A stretch of DNA of 63,145 nucleotides, the filler included, from Octopus bimaculoides (lineage: Eukaryota), in the NCBI RefSeq assembly GCF_001194135.2. It is 4 parts of 4 records of this genome, joined end to end, with 100 filler letters (N's around TTAATTAATTAA, not from the genome) between each part and the next. Parts side by side here need not be neighbours in the genome. Positions count along the whole stretch, not along the records: positions 1 to 30,763 come from NC_068987.1; positions 30,864 to 53,773 come from NC_068988.1; 2 more parts are not named here. The stretch is one strand, 5' to 3'. Positions 25,279-37,575 of this stretch are shown here, piece after piece. A program made the translations under genes and the position numbers. The notes beneath the pieces were generated by a model. It saw only the letters and a program-made list of their open reading frames with translations. It had not been told where the DNA came from and ran no database searches. Numbering within the stretch: position 1 is the stretch's first letter; the number at the start of each line of letters is the position of its first letter.

Positions 25279-26848
25279 CAAACACATACATATATATATA
25301 TATTTATATATATATATATGTATATATATCTGTGTGTGTGTCTTTATGTTTGTCCCCCTACCATCACTTGACAACTGTAAATTAGAGGTTCAGCAAAAGG
25401 GATGAACAGAATAAGTAGCAGGCTTTAAAAAAAAGTATGAGAGTTGATTCGTTCAACTAAAATTCCTCAAGCGCTGCAGCATGGCTACAATCTGATGACT
25501 GAAACAAGTAAAAGATAAAAGATAGGTTCAGAAAAAATATGCTAGTCATTGTAGTGTGTGTCAAAGGCCAGCTACTTGGCTGGAGACTCACTGGTCCAGA
25601 AAGAATTCTTCCGGCTAATGAGACACATATCAAAACATCAGTGTCCCAGAACCCTCTGCACCAATGAGTTGAGTGTGTTGAACACACAATTGTAATAAAA
25701 AAGAAGTTTTTCTCCTTTGACATTACAATAAATACAGTGAAAAATTAGTTTTCATCATTTTGTATAAACCCCAAGAATGTAAGTATAGCATATTTCCTAA
25801 TATTATCCATGATGGGCAAAAGTATATCTGCAAAGCTACTGCTCATATGACAAATAATACTAATCTATACATATAAATTTGATACGGGCGATTCTTTCTT
25901 GTCTTGGGATTCACGGTCAAATGGCTGGGTGGAATTGCACGAAAAATTACACAGATGTGTAGAATGATCCAGTGGTGATGCTGGGCTTTGTATTTTTTCA
26001 TAGTTCCCATGGTTACCGAGATAATCTACTATAATAATACTGTTGTGTTTATGAATGAGAAAGGAAGGGGTGAAAGATGAAAAAAGAAGGAAGGGGTGAT
26101 GTCATACTTGGTAGTGTACGCTGAAAAAATAAATCAAACAGTGTTTCAACTCTGTGTGAATATGTGTGTGTATGTAAAAGTGGGGGTATGTGAATGTGTG
26201 TGTGTGTGTGTGTGTGTGCGTGCACAATGGAAGTGGGATGGTTCATCTTTGTTCGCTTAGTATTTAGGTTTATTTTTTGATTTGGTTGAANNNNNNNNNN
26301 NNNNNNNNNNNNNNNNNNNNNNNNNNNNNNNNNNNNNNNNNNNNNNNNNNNNNNNNNNNNNNNNNNNNNNNNNNNNNNNNNNNNNNNNNNNNNNNNNNNN
26401 NNNNNNNNNNNNNNNNNNNNNNNNNNNNNNNNNNNNNNNNNNNNNNNNNNNNNNNNNNNNNNNNNNNNNNNNNNNNNNNNNNNNNNNNNNNNNNNNNNNN
26501 NNNNNNNNNNNNNNNNNNNNNNNNNNNNNNNNNNNNNNNNNNNNNNNNNNNNNNNNNNNNNNNNNNNNNNNNNNNNNNNNNNNNNNNNNNNNNNNNNNNN
26601 NNNNNNNNNNNNNNNNNNNNNNNNNNNNNNNNNNNNNNNNNNNNNNNNNNNNNNNNNNNNNNNNNNNNNNNNNNNNNNNNNNNNNNNNNNNNNNNNNNNN
26701 NNNNNGTTAAATGTTTTTAAGAGATTAATTTTGAAAGCTGCATTTCTTCGCTTTCGGTAAATATGTTGCTTATTTTTTTGGTAGTTTTATTTAGTCCCTC
26801 TGAGCATGAGGCATTACTATATAGTTACTATATAGTTAATGCCCTTAT

Positions 26849-26894
<46 letters not shown>

Positions 26895-28249
26895 TATATA
26901 CATGTATATAGCTGAAATTTTTGTTTGGAACAGTGGATCTTGAAGCAGACATATTTAACAGCATGTAAATATTGAGTTGAAAAACCATTTTGGATAGAAA
27001 AGCTGAATGAAGCTGTTGCCTTATTCAATTCAAAAGGCTTTTTTCAACCCAATATTTATATGCTATCATTTTTACCTATATGTGTACTTCAAGATCAATT
27101 GTTCCAAAAATGAACTCACTCAAATTCTCTTGGAAGTTTATAAAACTTTTTATAACATCAACAATTTAAATATATATATACATATATATATATATGCAAA
27201 GTAATTATCATCATCAAAAACTTGACACACATAATGTCACAATAACAACTTCACATAACATACCAACATCAACAGTAAACAAACTCACTTATCACACACT
27301 TTTTGAAAATCAGTCACAAAAAAACTAGATAAAGACAGAAACACATGATGCAAGATTCTCCTTCCATCTAGATGTTGACTCTCTTCCTTCCATCTGATGC
27401 TGGGAAAGCGATACAGAAATATGGGGCAGGTGGGGGAGCCTCAAACTTTAGACTTGACAAAAATCAGACTTTAACCTCAAAAAGAAAAGCTATTATTGCA
27501 TTCACCAAAATATCTTCAACTACTCATACCAACATGGCCAAATCCCTAAAATCTGAGACTGGATAAATTCATGACAATTCTGAAAAGCCTGACCAAAGCA
27601 GTATGATACACTAAGAATATAATGGTTTCAGCAACAAAGAAAAAATATAATTGCACTGCCCTGATTATCTTTGACAAAGTATTTGATTTAGTCTGGTCAT
27701 GGGGAAACATTATCTTGCTTGGAAATAGGTGAGGGTTGGCAACAGGAATAGCATCCAGTCATGCAAAATCTGCTTCATTGAATTCCATCTGACCCAGGCA
27801 AGCATGAGGATAATGAAGATACTATAAACAAAATACTCGTCTCTGCTCCTTAAGAAATAACACAAAAGATGAGCCAATGAGGAAGCCTCTACTCAGTCAC
27901 TTGATCTGCAAGAAATAGCAGTCAAATATACTTCTAATCACATTTTACCACATTAAAAATGAGATGGACACATTAGATCATATAACACTAGATATCTCAA
28001 CCCTCCCCAACAGCAAAAAAAAAGAAAAAAAACATGTCTGGCCATGGGGAAATATTACCTACCTGGAAACAGGTGAGGGTTGGTGACAGTAAGGGCATCT
28101 GGCCATAGAAAATATCTCAAATTCTGTCAGATCCATGCAAGCATGGTAAAGTGGACATTAAATGATGATGAAAATACCAACTCTTGCTTCTGTAGTTTTT
28201 CAGTTTCTTTCACTGTTACATATATTTGTGCTATGTTTATCTAATGGCT

Positions 28250-29300
28250 AGGTAATAAGTTTGCTTCCCAACCACATGGTTCCAGATTCAGTCCCACTGC
28301 ATGGTAACTTGGACAAATGTCTTCTACTATAGTCTTGGGCTAATCAAAGCCCTGTGAGTGGATTTGGTAGATGGAAAATGAAAGAAGCCTGTTGTATATA
28401 TATATATATATCATGACCATCATCATCGTTTAACGTCCGCTTTCCATCCTAGCATGGGTTGGACGATTTGACTGAGGACTGGTGAAACCAGATGGCTACA
28501 CCAGGTTCCAATCTGATTTGGCAGAGTTTCTACAGCTGGATGCTCTTCCTATACATATATATNNNNNNNNNNNNNNNNNNNNNNNNNNNNNNNNNNNNNN
28601 NNNNNNNNNNNNNNNNNNNNNNNNNNNNNNNNNNNNNNNNNNNNNNNNNNNNNNNNNNNNNNNNNNNNNNNNNNNNNNNNNNNNNNNNNNNNNNNNNNNN
28701 NNNNNNNNNNNNNNNNNNNNNNNNNNNNNNNNNNNNNNNNNNNNNNNNNNNNNNNNNNNNNNNNNNNNNNNNNNNNNNNNNNNNNNNNNNNNNNNNNNNN
28801 NNNNNNNNNNNNNNNNNNNNNNNNNNNNNNNNNNNNNNNNNNNNNNNNNNNNNNNNNNNNNNNNNNNNNNNNNNNNNNNNNNNNNNNNNNNNNACGTAAA
28901 AGCACCCACTACACTCTCTGAGTGGTTGGCGTTAGGAAGGGCATCCAGCTGTAGAAACTCTGCCAAATTAGATTGGAGCCTGGTGTTGCCATCCGGTTTC
29001 ACCAGTCCTCAGTCAAATCGTCCAACCCATGCTAGCATGGAAAGCGGACGTTAAACGATGATGATGATGATGATGATGATATATGTATATGTGTATATGT
29101 CAGTGTTTGTCTCCCCCATCATCACTTGACAACTGATGTTGGTGTGTTTATGTCCCTGTAACTTAGCATTTCAGTAAAGAGACCAATAGGACTTTAAAAA
29201 AAAGAAGAAAAAAAAGTCCTGGGGTCAAATTGTTTAACAAAAGCATTTCAAGGTGGTGCTCCAGCATGGCTACAGTCAAACGACTGAAACAAATAAAAGA
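28250..29300. mobile_element. Cluster of SINE head, two oppositely oriented RTE tails around a gap, and a roughly 200-bp repeat
   Basis: 28425-28545 is the reverse complement of 28930-29075. 29100-29300 matches 25410-25525, 30240-30440 and 54300-54500. Confidence 0.7.
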
Positions 29301-30489
29301 ATACTGTTATTACTATATTGAGGTGGCGGGAATGGTAGAGTACCAGACTAAATCCTTTATGATATTTAGCTATGTAAAGTTAGGGAAAGTTTGCCTTTCA
29401 TCTTTTTAGAGTTGATTAAGCAAATACCAGTCAAACACAGGGTTAGTTCAGTTCAGCAACATTCCTAATCATAATTTTTTTGCTTTGAGAGACATAAACA
29501 CAGAACAAGAGAGATCATGTGTATGCATGTGTATGAGTGCATGTATGCTAGTGTGATTTTCTTCCAGGGTCATTGACTTATTCTACAACATTTAGAAATG
29601 TAATAAGGTATATGTATGTATGTATGTAGATGCATGTATATTTGTGGATATAAGTATATAAGTCTGTGTGTGTACTGAGCAATGGGTGTAGATGGTATAA
29701 TTTTTTAAAGATTTGTCATATATTTTAAATCTAGTCATTTTCTCTGATGCACAAGAATGTGAATGTTTCTTAAGAGAACTATTTTCTGTAGTTATTCAGT
29801 TGAAACATGACCTAATAACTTCGTTATTTTGTAATTGCCATGTGTTTTATCTCACGAAGTCCCTATACTACTTTATCAAGGTCTAACATTCTTGGTACTA
29901 CTAAAATGATTTATTAATTTGAATGTTTTTCTCTATATTTTGATGTATATGATTTGCAAGAAACCATATCATTTTTGGTGCTCTTTTATGATTTTTACCC
30001 AGTAAATTAACCAAAATCTTTCTGCTCTAACTAGCCTTGCAATGTGTAATAGTATCATTATTTCATTTTTTTTCTAACTTTTCAATGTTATGTTGGTTTG
30101 ATACAGTTTCTTTTTTTTAATGAGGTAACCATTATATAATGTTTAAATTTGCTGATGAACATTAGCAACTGCCTATCTGTGTTCTGTCTTAACTAGGATT
30201 AAATATTCCCATTTAACACTGTTTTAACTTGTACTAAATGCTCTTTTCTTTTATTCTTTTACTTGTTTCAGTCATTTAACTGCAGCTATGCTGAAGCACT
30301 GCCTTAATGAGTTTTAGTTGAAGAAATCGTGCCTGGAACTTATTCTTTATAAGCCTAGTACTTATTCTATCAGTCTCTTTTGCTAAACTGCTAAGTTACT
30401 GGGACATAAACACACCAGCATTGGTTGTCAAGCGATGGCAGGGGGAAAAACACAGACACACACATAAATATATACATATATATAAACAT

Positions 30490-30763
30490 CATCATCATCA
30501 TCGTTTAACGTCCGCTTTCCATGCTAGCATGGGTTGGCCAATTTGACTGAGGACTGGTGAAACCGGATGGCAACACCAGGCTCCAGTCTGATTTGGCAGA
30601 GTTTCTACAGCTGGATGCCCTTCCTAACGCCAACCACTCAGTGTCACCCGCACGAAAACGGCCACGCTCGAAATGGTGTCTTTTATGTGCCACCCGCACA
30701 AGCCAGTCCAGGGGCACTGGCAACGATCTCGCTCGAAAATCCTACGGGAGCCAGTCAGGCGGT
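30490..30763 (-). mobile_element. Young RTE 3' tail (CpG-rich)
   Basis: Nearly identical to 28425-28545, and retains CpGs. Confidence 0.7.
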
Positions 30764-30863
30764 NNNNNNNNNNNNNNNNNNNNNNNNNNNNNNNNNNNNN
30801 NNNNNNNTTAATTAATTAANNNNNNNNNNNNNNNNNNNNNNNNNNNNNNNNNNNNNNNNNNNN
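30764..30863. other. Artificial scaffold-join spacer (44 N + TTAATTAATTAA + 44 N)
   Basis: Exactly 100 bp. The 12-mer gives stops in all six frames, and the structure is identical at 53774 and 57016. Confidence 0.95.
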
Positions 30864-31022
30864 ATACTGATATGAGTCGAAAAGCACACCCATCGCTGCC
30901 ATCGACATCCAGAACAACCAATCTACCCTCCGGGTCTATGAATACTGTCTTTACTTCGAGATCCAGACTCTTGCGAAAGAGTACCGCCGTGCCACTACCG
31001 CCCATTCTCGGCAGACAGGGAG
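30864..31022 (-). mobile_element. L1/Tx1-type apurinic endonuclease fragment
   Basis: GGSGTAVLFRKSLDLEVKTVFIDPEGRLVVLDV...AFRLISV, a typical L1-clade EN segment. Confidence 0.75.
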
Positions 31023-31030
31023 AAAAATAA

Positions 31031-31072
<42 letters not shown>

Positions 31073-31094
31073 CCACACACATTTGTATGCATAC

Positions 31095-31185
31095 ACACAC
31101 GCGAGCGCACACGCGAGCGCACACGCGAGCGCACACGCGAGCGCACACGCGAGCGCACACGCGAGCGCACACGCGAGCGCACCCG
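31095..31185. repeat. 12-bp tandem repeat (ACACGCGAGCGC)n
   Basis: About 7 units read directly. Confidence 0.9.
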
Positions 31186-31666
31186 CAAACTGACACAGAA
31201 ATAAACATGTCCGCAAATCTTCTTGTTTGGTTATTTCTTTTAGCAAGAAAGCTCAAAGACAGCTAACCGTAAATGCCTAGCAATTAAAAAGTTTACCTAA
31301 CGATAGAAACTCTATGCGATCGTTTGGTTTCATGGAAATATCAGATAAATCTACTACAAATCAGAAAATATCTAATCTTGAGTACTATTTCCTAAGAAGC
31401 AATATCACCAGAATCGATAAAATAATATGCTAAATGTGAAGTTATTGAGATGAGGATTTCATAGATAGCAACGTAGCCAAGAGCTTCTTATATCAAGCAT
31501 GGTCAAGGTTTTGCTGATTTTAAGGTTCGCAGCAACACTTCTCGTTGTAAAAGTTTCAGAAATATGAAACCACTGTGAAGGCAATTCTTTGATAGATTTG
31601 TCTCTACAAAATCCGTACTATGGGACACTGAGGCGAGAGAGAGGGGGAAAGAGAGAGAGAGAGGGG

Positions 31667-31716
<50 letters not shown>

Positions 31717-32401
31717 GATGTAGAATGTGATTGTTCGTTATTGATTCCATTGTTTTTGAATTCTTGGAGTGTAAAGACGTTTGTTGGAATTCTGGCTCAG
31801 AGAAACTGATCTTCTTGGGAATGGGAGATGCCATTGGTGTAGGGAAATATTGGAGAGTTTGATAAAGACAAAAAGCTAGCGCAGGAATTCATTGGGTGAT
31901 GATAAATGGAAGTGGCTCTGTCAGGTTTAGGAAATAGCCCTGTTGGTTTTGAATATTGAAGGAAATTAAAAGAACTGGCAGAAAGGAACAGGGGAATTTT
32001 AGATGTATGTTGTTGTGACTGAGCTCTGTGTTTACCTTATTCAATCCTGCCCGCCTCTTTTTTTTAGATTAGAGTGTACTATCGAAATGTAACTGCTACT
32101 TCTAGCAGGCCGAGTGACATGGGTTTGTTAGTTTAAGTTTTATATGTGAAATACTGTTGTTTTGAATTTGCTGCCGAAAGTGGTCTACGTTTGTGGTGAA
32201 GAGAGGTTGTGTGGGTGGGCGTTAGTAATGTGGTTCGAGTGTCAAGGGGGCGGTTACCCGAAAAAGTTTGGGAACCACTGCTCTAAACGAACCCCACGTA
32301 TTTTTCTTGTCATTACTTTCTGACAACCATCTGTCTCCACTTCCTCTCTTTCGCTCTACATTTCTCGCTCTCTATCTCACCCTCCCTCTCTCTGTCTTTA
32401 T

Positions 32402-32468
<67 letters not shown>

Positions 32469-32564
32469 TCGTCTTCCTCTTTTCCCATTTGATCTCATGC
32501 TCGCCTTCCTTCTCTCACACTCTGTCAGATTTCTCGTTGAATCTATTTCATCCTTTATTTTCAG

Positions 32565-32716
32565 GTGAAACTAAGTTTGAGAAAAAATGATATCGACGTT
32601 CGATCATTACTTTTCGACGGAAGAGGGACAACTTTCAGATCGTGGTTCAGAAGTGGTAACCTTATTGAAACACCGTGGTTTGGAAATGTATCATCAGAAT
32701 ACAAGTTCTTTCCAAA
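32565..32716 (+). CDS. PAN-family paralogue A, exon equivalent to coding exon 3 (152 nt, phase 0/2): VKLSLRKNDIDVRSLLFDGRGTTFRSWFRSGNLIETPWFGNVSSEYKFFP(N)
   Basis: ttttcag acceptor and GT donor at the same positions as paralogue B. Same length, 31/51 aa identical to B. Confidence 0.85.
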
Positions 32717-33899
32717 GTATAAATTACTCTCTTGTTCTTTATTAGCACCAACAATTTTTTCTATGTTAGTAATTAAGATTTCTCACACAGGCAAGCAGGC
32801 ACACATTTCGGAAAAAGACTACAATTAACTACATCGATCTCAGAAATTAGTTAGTGTTCCGTTATGGATCCTCTAAGAATAAAAGACAAGCACGATCGTG
32901 ACGAGATTCGCACTCAAAATTTTGAAGAACAAAAGTAACAACTTCGCTAATTTTTGTAACCTCAACGATTATACTTTATATCATTTTAATTGATGATGAT
33001 GATGATGATCTTTGAATTATTAGTCATAAGTTATCACAAGTACATAAGTGGTAATTCCTTCTATCAACTTCTCCATAATGAACTCACTAATTCGGACAAC
33101 TAATTGCTGTCTTTGTGCAGCGCTTAGAATGAAACATTCGCCTTCCAATAACTGAGTTTTCACTAGGTCTCAAATTTATGGTTTGTGTAGGCAACCAACT
33201 TGAATCTTGAGCATCTACCTTATCCTTAACAGCTGACTTAATAAATATTTTATCCAGATACGATTTTGACGGCCCACTGTGGTTGCTTCCGCTCCACTCA
33301 GGCACATCAGGGAAATATAGTTATATATAGAGAGTTCAGTACGTGTCCTGGAAAGCTTTTAGACCTCTGAAAAAGAATCTGGTCATATTGTCGCATAGAT
33401 GACAACATATCTGTAATCACGACCTCTGATGCTGCTCAAATCCAGGGCCATAGGCTTACTGACTGGATCCAGAATAATGGCCCGTACCTTGAGATTTAAA
33501 TCTCAACAGACCACGAGCTGAAAATGTCTCATAATCGTCGATGATAATTAGTCCTAGTCTCGCAGATAGCTAATCACATCTATGTCGAGCGACCTAAGAT
33601 TATTCAGCAAGTAATCTTGACAAGAAATTAACTTGGCAAAAAATGGAACAAAATTGAAAAACAGATAATGATAACAAGGATAATAATCCTTTCTGCTATA
33701 GGCACAAGGCCTGGATTTTGGGGAGGGGACTAGTCGATTACATCGACCTCAGGACTCAACTGGTACTTAATTTATCGACCCTGAAAGGATGCATCGCAAA
33801 GTCGATCATGAAGGAATTTGAATTCAGAACGTAGCGAAGGACGAAATACCACTAAGCATATCGTCCTGAATGCTAACGATTATTCAGACCTGCACCCAT

Positions 33900-34165
33900 T
33901 CTGAGATGGATACAAACGGAATTTGGATACAAACGATCCTACCACGATCCTGGGATGACGATGGCAATGCATTATATCCTCTACCCTAAGGCGACCGTAT
34001 ACAGGTTGTACATGTAGAGCAAGATTGGCCGTGGCTCGATAAATGTACAGGAGTGCAACAACAGAGAAAGAAGAAACTTGATAGAGTACTTGGCAAACAG
34101 TAAACAAAGGCCAGCTACAGTATGCTGTAAATGCACAAGTACTTGCCAACCATGAAATAGATGAA
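33900..34165 (+). mobile_element. Possible highly decayed piggyBac-like transposase C-terminus in an intron (also at about 46500-46745)
   Basis: INVQECNNRERRNLIEYLA...TVCCKC loosely resembles the piggyBac C-terminal region. Frameshifted, weak. Confidence 0.3.
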
Positions 34166-34557
34166 AGGGGGAATGATATAATAATGTATTCTCTACAACA
34201 ATTTAGAACACAGAGAATTCATCGTCATATAATAATAAAATCTTATTAAGATAGCACTCTATCACAATTGGTCAATGTAGTCTTAGTTGAATTGTGTTGT
34301 AAGAAGAAATATGAGGTGATTGTTGAGGCTGAAATAGCTTTTGATTATAGATCTATTTGATGAGAAATGAACTGAAGCTAAATACGAGCAAGATCTGATT
34401 TCCTTAAATTACAATTATTAAACGAGGACCACACATTCACTAATTTCAGTGATAAAAAGATTAACTCAGTGATTTCATTAAGCAGAATTGATTGTATTAA
34501 ATAAAATCATAAAATATTCTCTTATTGAATTCATCTGTTGTAATATATCACTTTCAG

Positions 34558-34664
34558 TCAAGACACGTTTCACATCCGGCCAGATGAATATGTATGGTTT
34601 GCGATGAAGTCATTTAAGAAAAATGCTACAAGTTACAGTATCAAGTACAGAGAAAATGTTCACA
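34558..34664 (+). CDS. PAN-family paralogue A, exon 4 (107 nt, phase 2/1): QDTFHIRPDEYVWFAMKSFKKNATSYSIKYRENVH
   Basis: ctttcag and GTAAGT splice sites. Open in the phase required by the previous exon, same length as the B exon. Confidence 0.85.
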
Positions 34665-36492
34665 GTAAGTAATATATGTCTTTTTTATGTACTGTGAAGT
34701 CAGAGTTTGTTTATTTTTATTTACACTTATATTTTTTGTTTGAAAATCTACCTTTTCTAGAGCGTTTCTTTAACATTTACTAGCATAGCCAACTGCACGA
34801 ATGATTATTGCTATAAACGAGAATTTATACTCAGGATAGAGGAGCAACTGGCTCCTCAGTTGTTGTGCACTGATATTCTTATTCTTCTTGATTTTGGAAG
34901 ATATTCACATCTTTTTGGAAAATACTCAGAGACTTTAATTTCTAAAGAACGGATATTATCGTTAGACAAGGTAAATGTTGGTATCTGAGCAGGTGATGTA
35001 AGTGCATTGTGGGATATTTTCTTATTTCTGATTGCCATATTTTCAGATATATGTATTATTATCCCTATTACTGCTATTATTACTATTATGTCTGCTGAGT
35101 GTAACTTCAAAGCTTGTCACGGTTTTGATTGGGTACGTGTGTTTGAAGTATTCTGGTGGCTGTGGAACGAACGGATGTTTTCGTTTGCACCTCCTGTTTA
35201 AGTGTGTGTTCTGTTCATGAACTGAATGTGTGTATGTGAAAAGTAATAGCCGGAGAGTTAATCTACAATCGCCTGTTTTAAAACTTCTTGAACTTGGTGA
35301 CCTACTGTCAGCTGCATGAAAGCTATAAATTCTTTCATCGAGGTCTTTCTTTACCTTCACTTTCGTCCTTTTTTCTTCCTTTTTCTTCTCACTATGATAC
35401 TGACTTCTGTCTATCCTGTTCTTCTTGCAGATGGGATTCCACTGTTTTCATTTCTTCAATTTTTCGGTTTCTAATTCATTATGAATATTATTAAAGACGT
35501 TTCACAGTAACAAACATTGTGATGTTGTAGACTGAAGCTATTGTGTTTACCGGGGGTTTGTACTGTCTGTCAAGTCGCGACAAGGGCATCAGCCACAGAG
35601 CACTTTACGCAGTATGCGTGCTGTTCCACTACACTAAGATTCTACGATATTTCAAATGTGTCCGGATGTTTCGCTGCGTTCTGAGTTCAAATTCTGCCGA
35701 GTTCGACTCTACTTTTCAATCTTTCGCGATCCATAAAACAAGTACCTGCTGAACACTGAGGTCGATGTAATCGACTCGTCCCGTCCCCCAAAATTACTGC
35801 AAAAATTGTGGCAAAATTTTAAACCATCATTGTTGCTGTTATTGTTATTATTATTTCATTACTATTATTATTAGTAATGTCTTAGTCCATGATGCTTTGC
35901 CAACACTAATATATTCAAAGCCATAAATATATCGTTGAGATTTACGGAAAAACAAAAGACATAGAGAGGTGCATAAACAACAAGCAGCCCCTATTCACTA
36001 TTAGCGTTCTAAACCACACCCTGACACGTTGTTAAATTCTTCCTCATCTTCTCCCCAAAAGTCTTCTTGCTCTCCTTATCCCTGAGACACATTCTTCATG
36101 ATTTTCCTTTAAAATGCATCATATTTGTGAAGTCACCTTAAAAGCCAGGTACCTAAAATGCAACTCGCAATATTAAATAAATAAATGAATAAAAATCCTG
36201 TAGTTTGCGTACAGCCATAAAGTATATTTTGCTCGCTCATTGACAGACATCGAAGGCGAAACTAATAAAGCTAACACTGTATTCTCTGATAATTAGATAT
36301 GTTCGATTAATTGCAATTGAATATTAAAAATGTTCTATTAAGTCTTTTTTTATTCTTATTTATTTCTACACTTCAAACATTTATTTTCGGCATCAAATAT
36401 GTTATTTGTTCATCTAAATGACAATGCCAAAAGTATATATGAACACAGTCTCTATTTCAATTGATTTGAAAATAATTTTTATTTTATTTCAG

Positions 36493-36554
36493 GCTCAGCG
36501 GGAAATATTGAACTAGATGGTATGGATATATCCATCTCATTAGAGCAGAATTGA
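36493..36554 (+). CDS. PAN-family paralogue A, terminal exon: (S)SAGNIELDGMDISISLEQN*
   Basis: tttatttcag acceptor, phase 1, homologous to 51929-51999. AATAAA downstream at about 37351. Confidence 0.8.
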
Positions 36555-37526
36555 AATAATTAGTGTAATTATGTATGCCAATATATACATATGTGTGTGT
36601 GTGTGTGTGCGTGTGTGTGCGAGAGAGAGAGCGAGAGAGAGAGAGCGCGTATTTGCGTAGCTATTACATACCCAGACACGAACATATATATGCATATATA
36701 CATACGCGCATAGATATATACATACATATACATAAAAACAAGAATTAATATATACAGAGCATATACACAAATGCATATATATGCACACACACACACATAT
36801 ATATATATATGTATATATACAAACACACAGACACACATATATGCCGTCACATATATAGATAGATAGAGAGAGGAAGAGGAGGGAGAGAGAAATATGTATA
36901 TATGCATACACTCATCAAGTATGTGTTGGTCTTTAGAATTGTGAATATTGTTTCCATTGACTCTGAAAGCTTTAACATTTCTGTGTAAACAGTTAATAAT
37001 TGTTAAGAATAATCATAAAATGCTTCGCCATCTCCACGTCTCCTAGAGTGAACCTTGATGTTCAATTCTGGTTACATATCCAAAATCACTTGGAATAAAC
37101 AAATGCACGTTTCCAAGCATGCACGTTTCCAAGTTAAAATCACCATTTTTTTTGTATTCAACATTTGTCTATTTATTATCGCAGTCTCATAAAATAATTA
37201 TTGTTTTAATCTTTCGATACTTTCATTATTATGAATATCAGTTACTTTTAACATATGAAGCAAAAAACACTTGAAAATTGTGAAGTTTTGTTCTTTATCT
37301 GCATTTGTTCATTATTTTCCTATGAATATTATAAAGAATACAGCAATTTTGAATAAAGTTCTATATCACACGCATTATATTTTTGTTCTCTGTCTAAACA
37401 GTTGTTTTTCTAATCTCTAACATTACTAACTTCAATATTGTCTACCTTTATTATACGCTGGATGAAAGTAAACCAGTGATTTTTTTTCTCACCTATTATT
37501 TCATGCATGTATATTTTTCAACGTGT

Positions 37527-37575
37527 GCGTGGGTCTGGACGTGGGCGTGGCCGTTACGACGCCACCTGTGGTCAG
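37527..37575 (+). promoter_or_regulatory. GC-box (GGGCGTGG) CpG patch between the paralogues, a possible promoter element of copy B
   Basis: GGGCGTGG at 37543-37550 in otherwise AT-rich DNA. Function not shown. Confidence 0.3.

Larger units (their letters stand above)
31080..37560 (+). repeat. Segmental duplication, copy A (homologous to about 43700-53773)
   Basis: Collinear intronic matches, e.g. 31190-31400 vs 43750-43960, 34200-34557 vs 46790-47145 and 37200-37500 vs 53350-53660. Confidence 0.95.

Noticed and set aside
25816-26010. Minus-strand ATG ORF (MGTMKKYKAQ...) considered as GNS exon 1
   Set aside because: No signal peptide, no TDDQD motif and no suitable donor
31604-31834. Minus-strand ORF MASPIPKK... 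conserved at 43921-44262
   Set aside because: Lies in intron 2 of the duplicated gene. The similarity is explained by the duplication, and the two copies differ by indels and stops
33251-33330. Candidate exon after tttatccag (also at about 45384)
   Set aside because: In the required phase both copies reach early, non-equivalent stops. The 107-nt exon further on fits the phase in both copies
34789-34870. Candidate terminal exon (NC..DYCYKR...), also at 47797-47880
   Set aside because: A 2-nt length difference shifts the frame between copies and the acceptor is weak. The exons at 36493 and 51929 are frame-conserved
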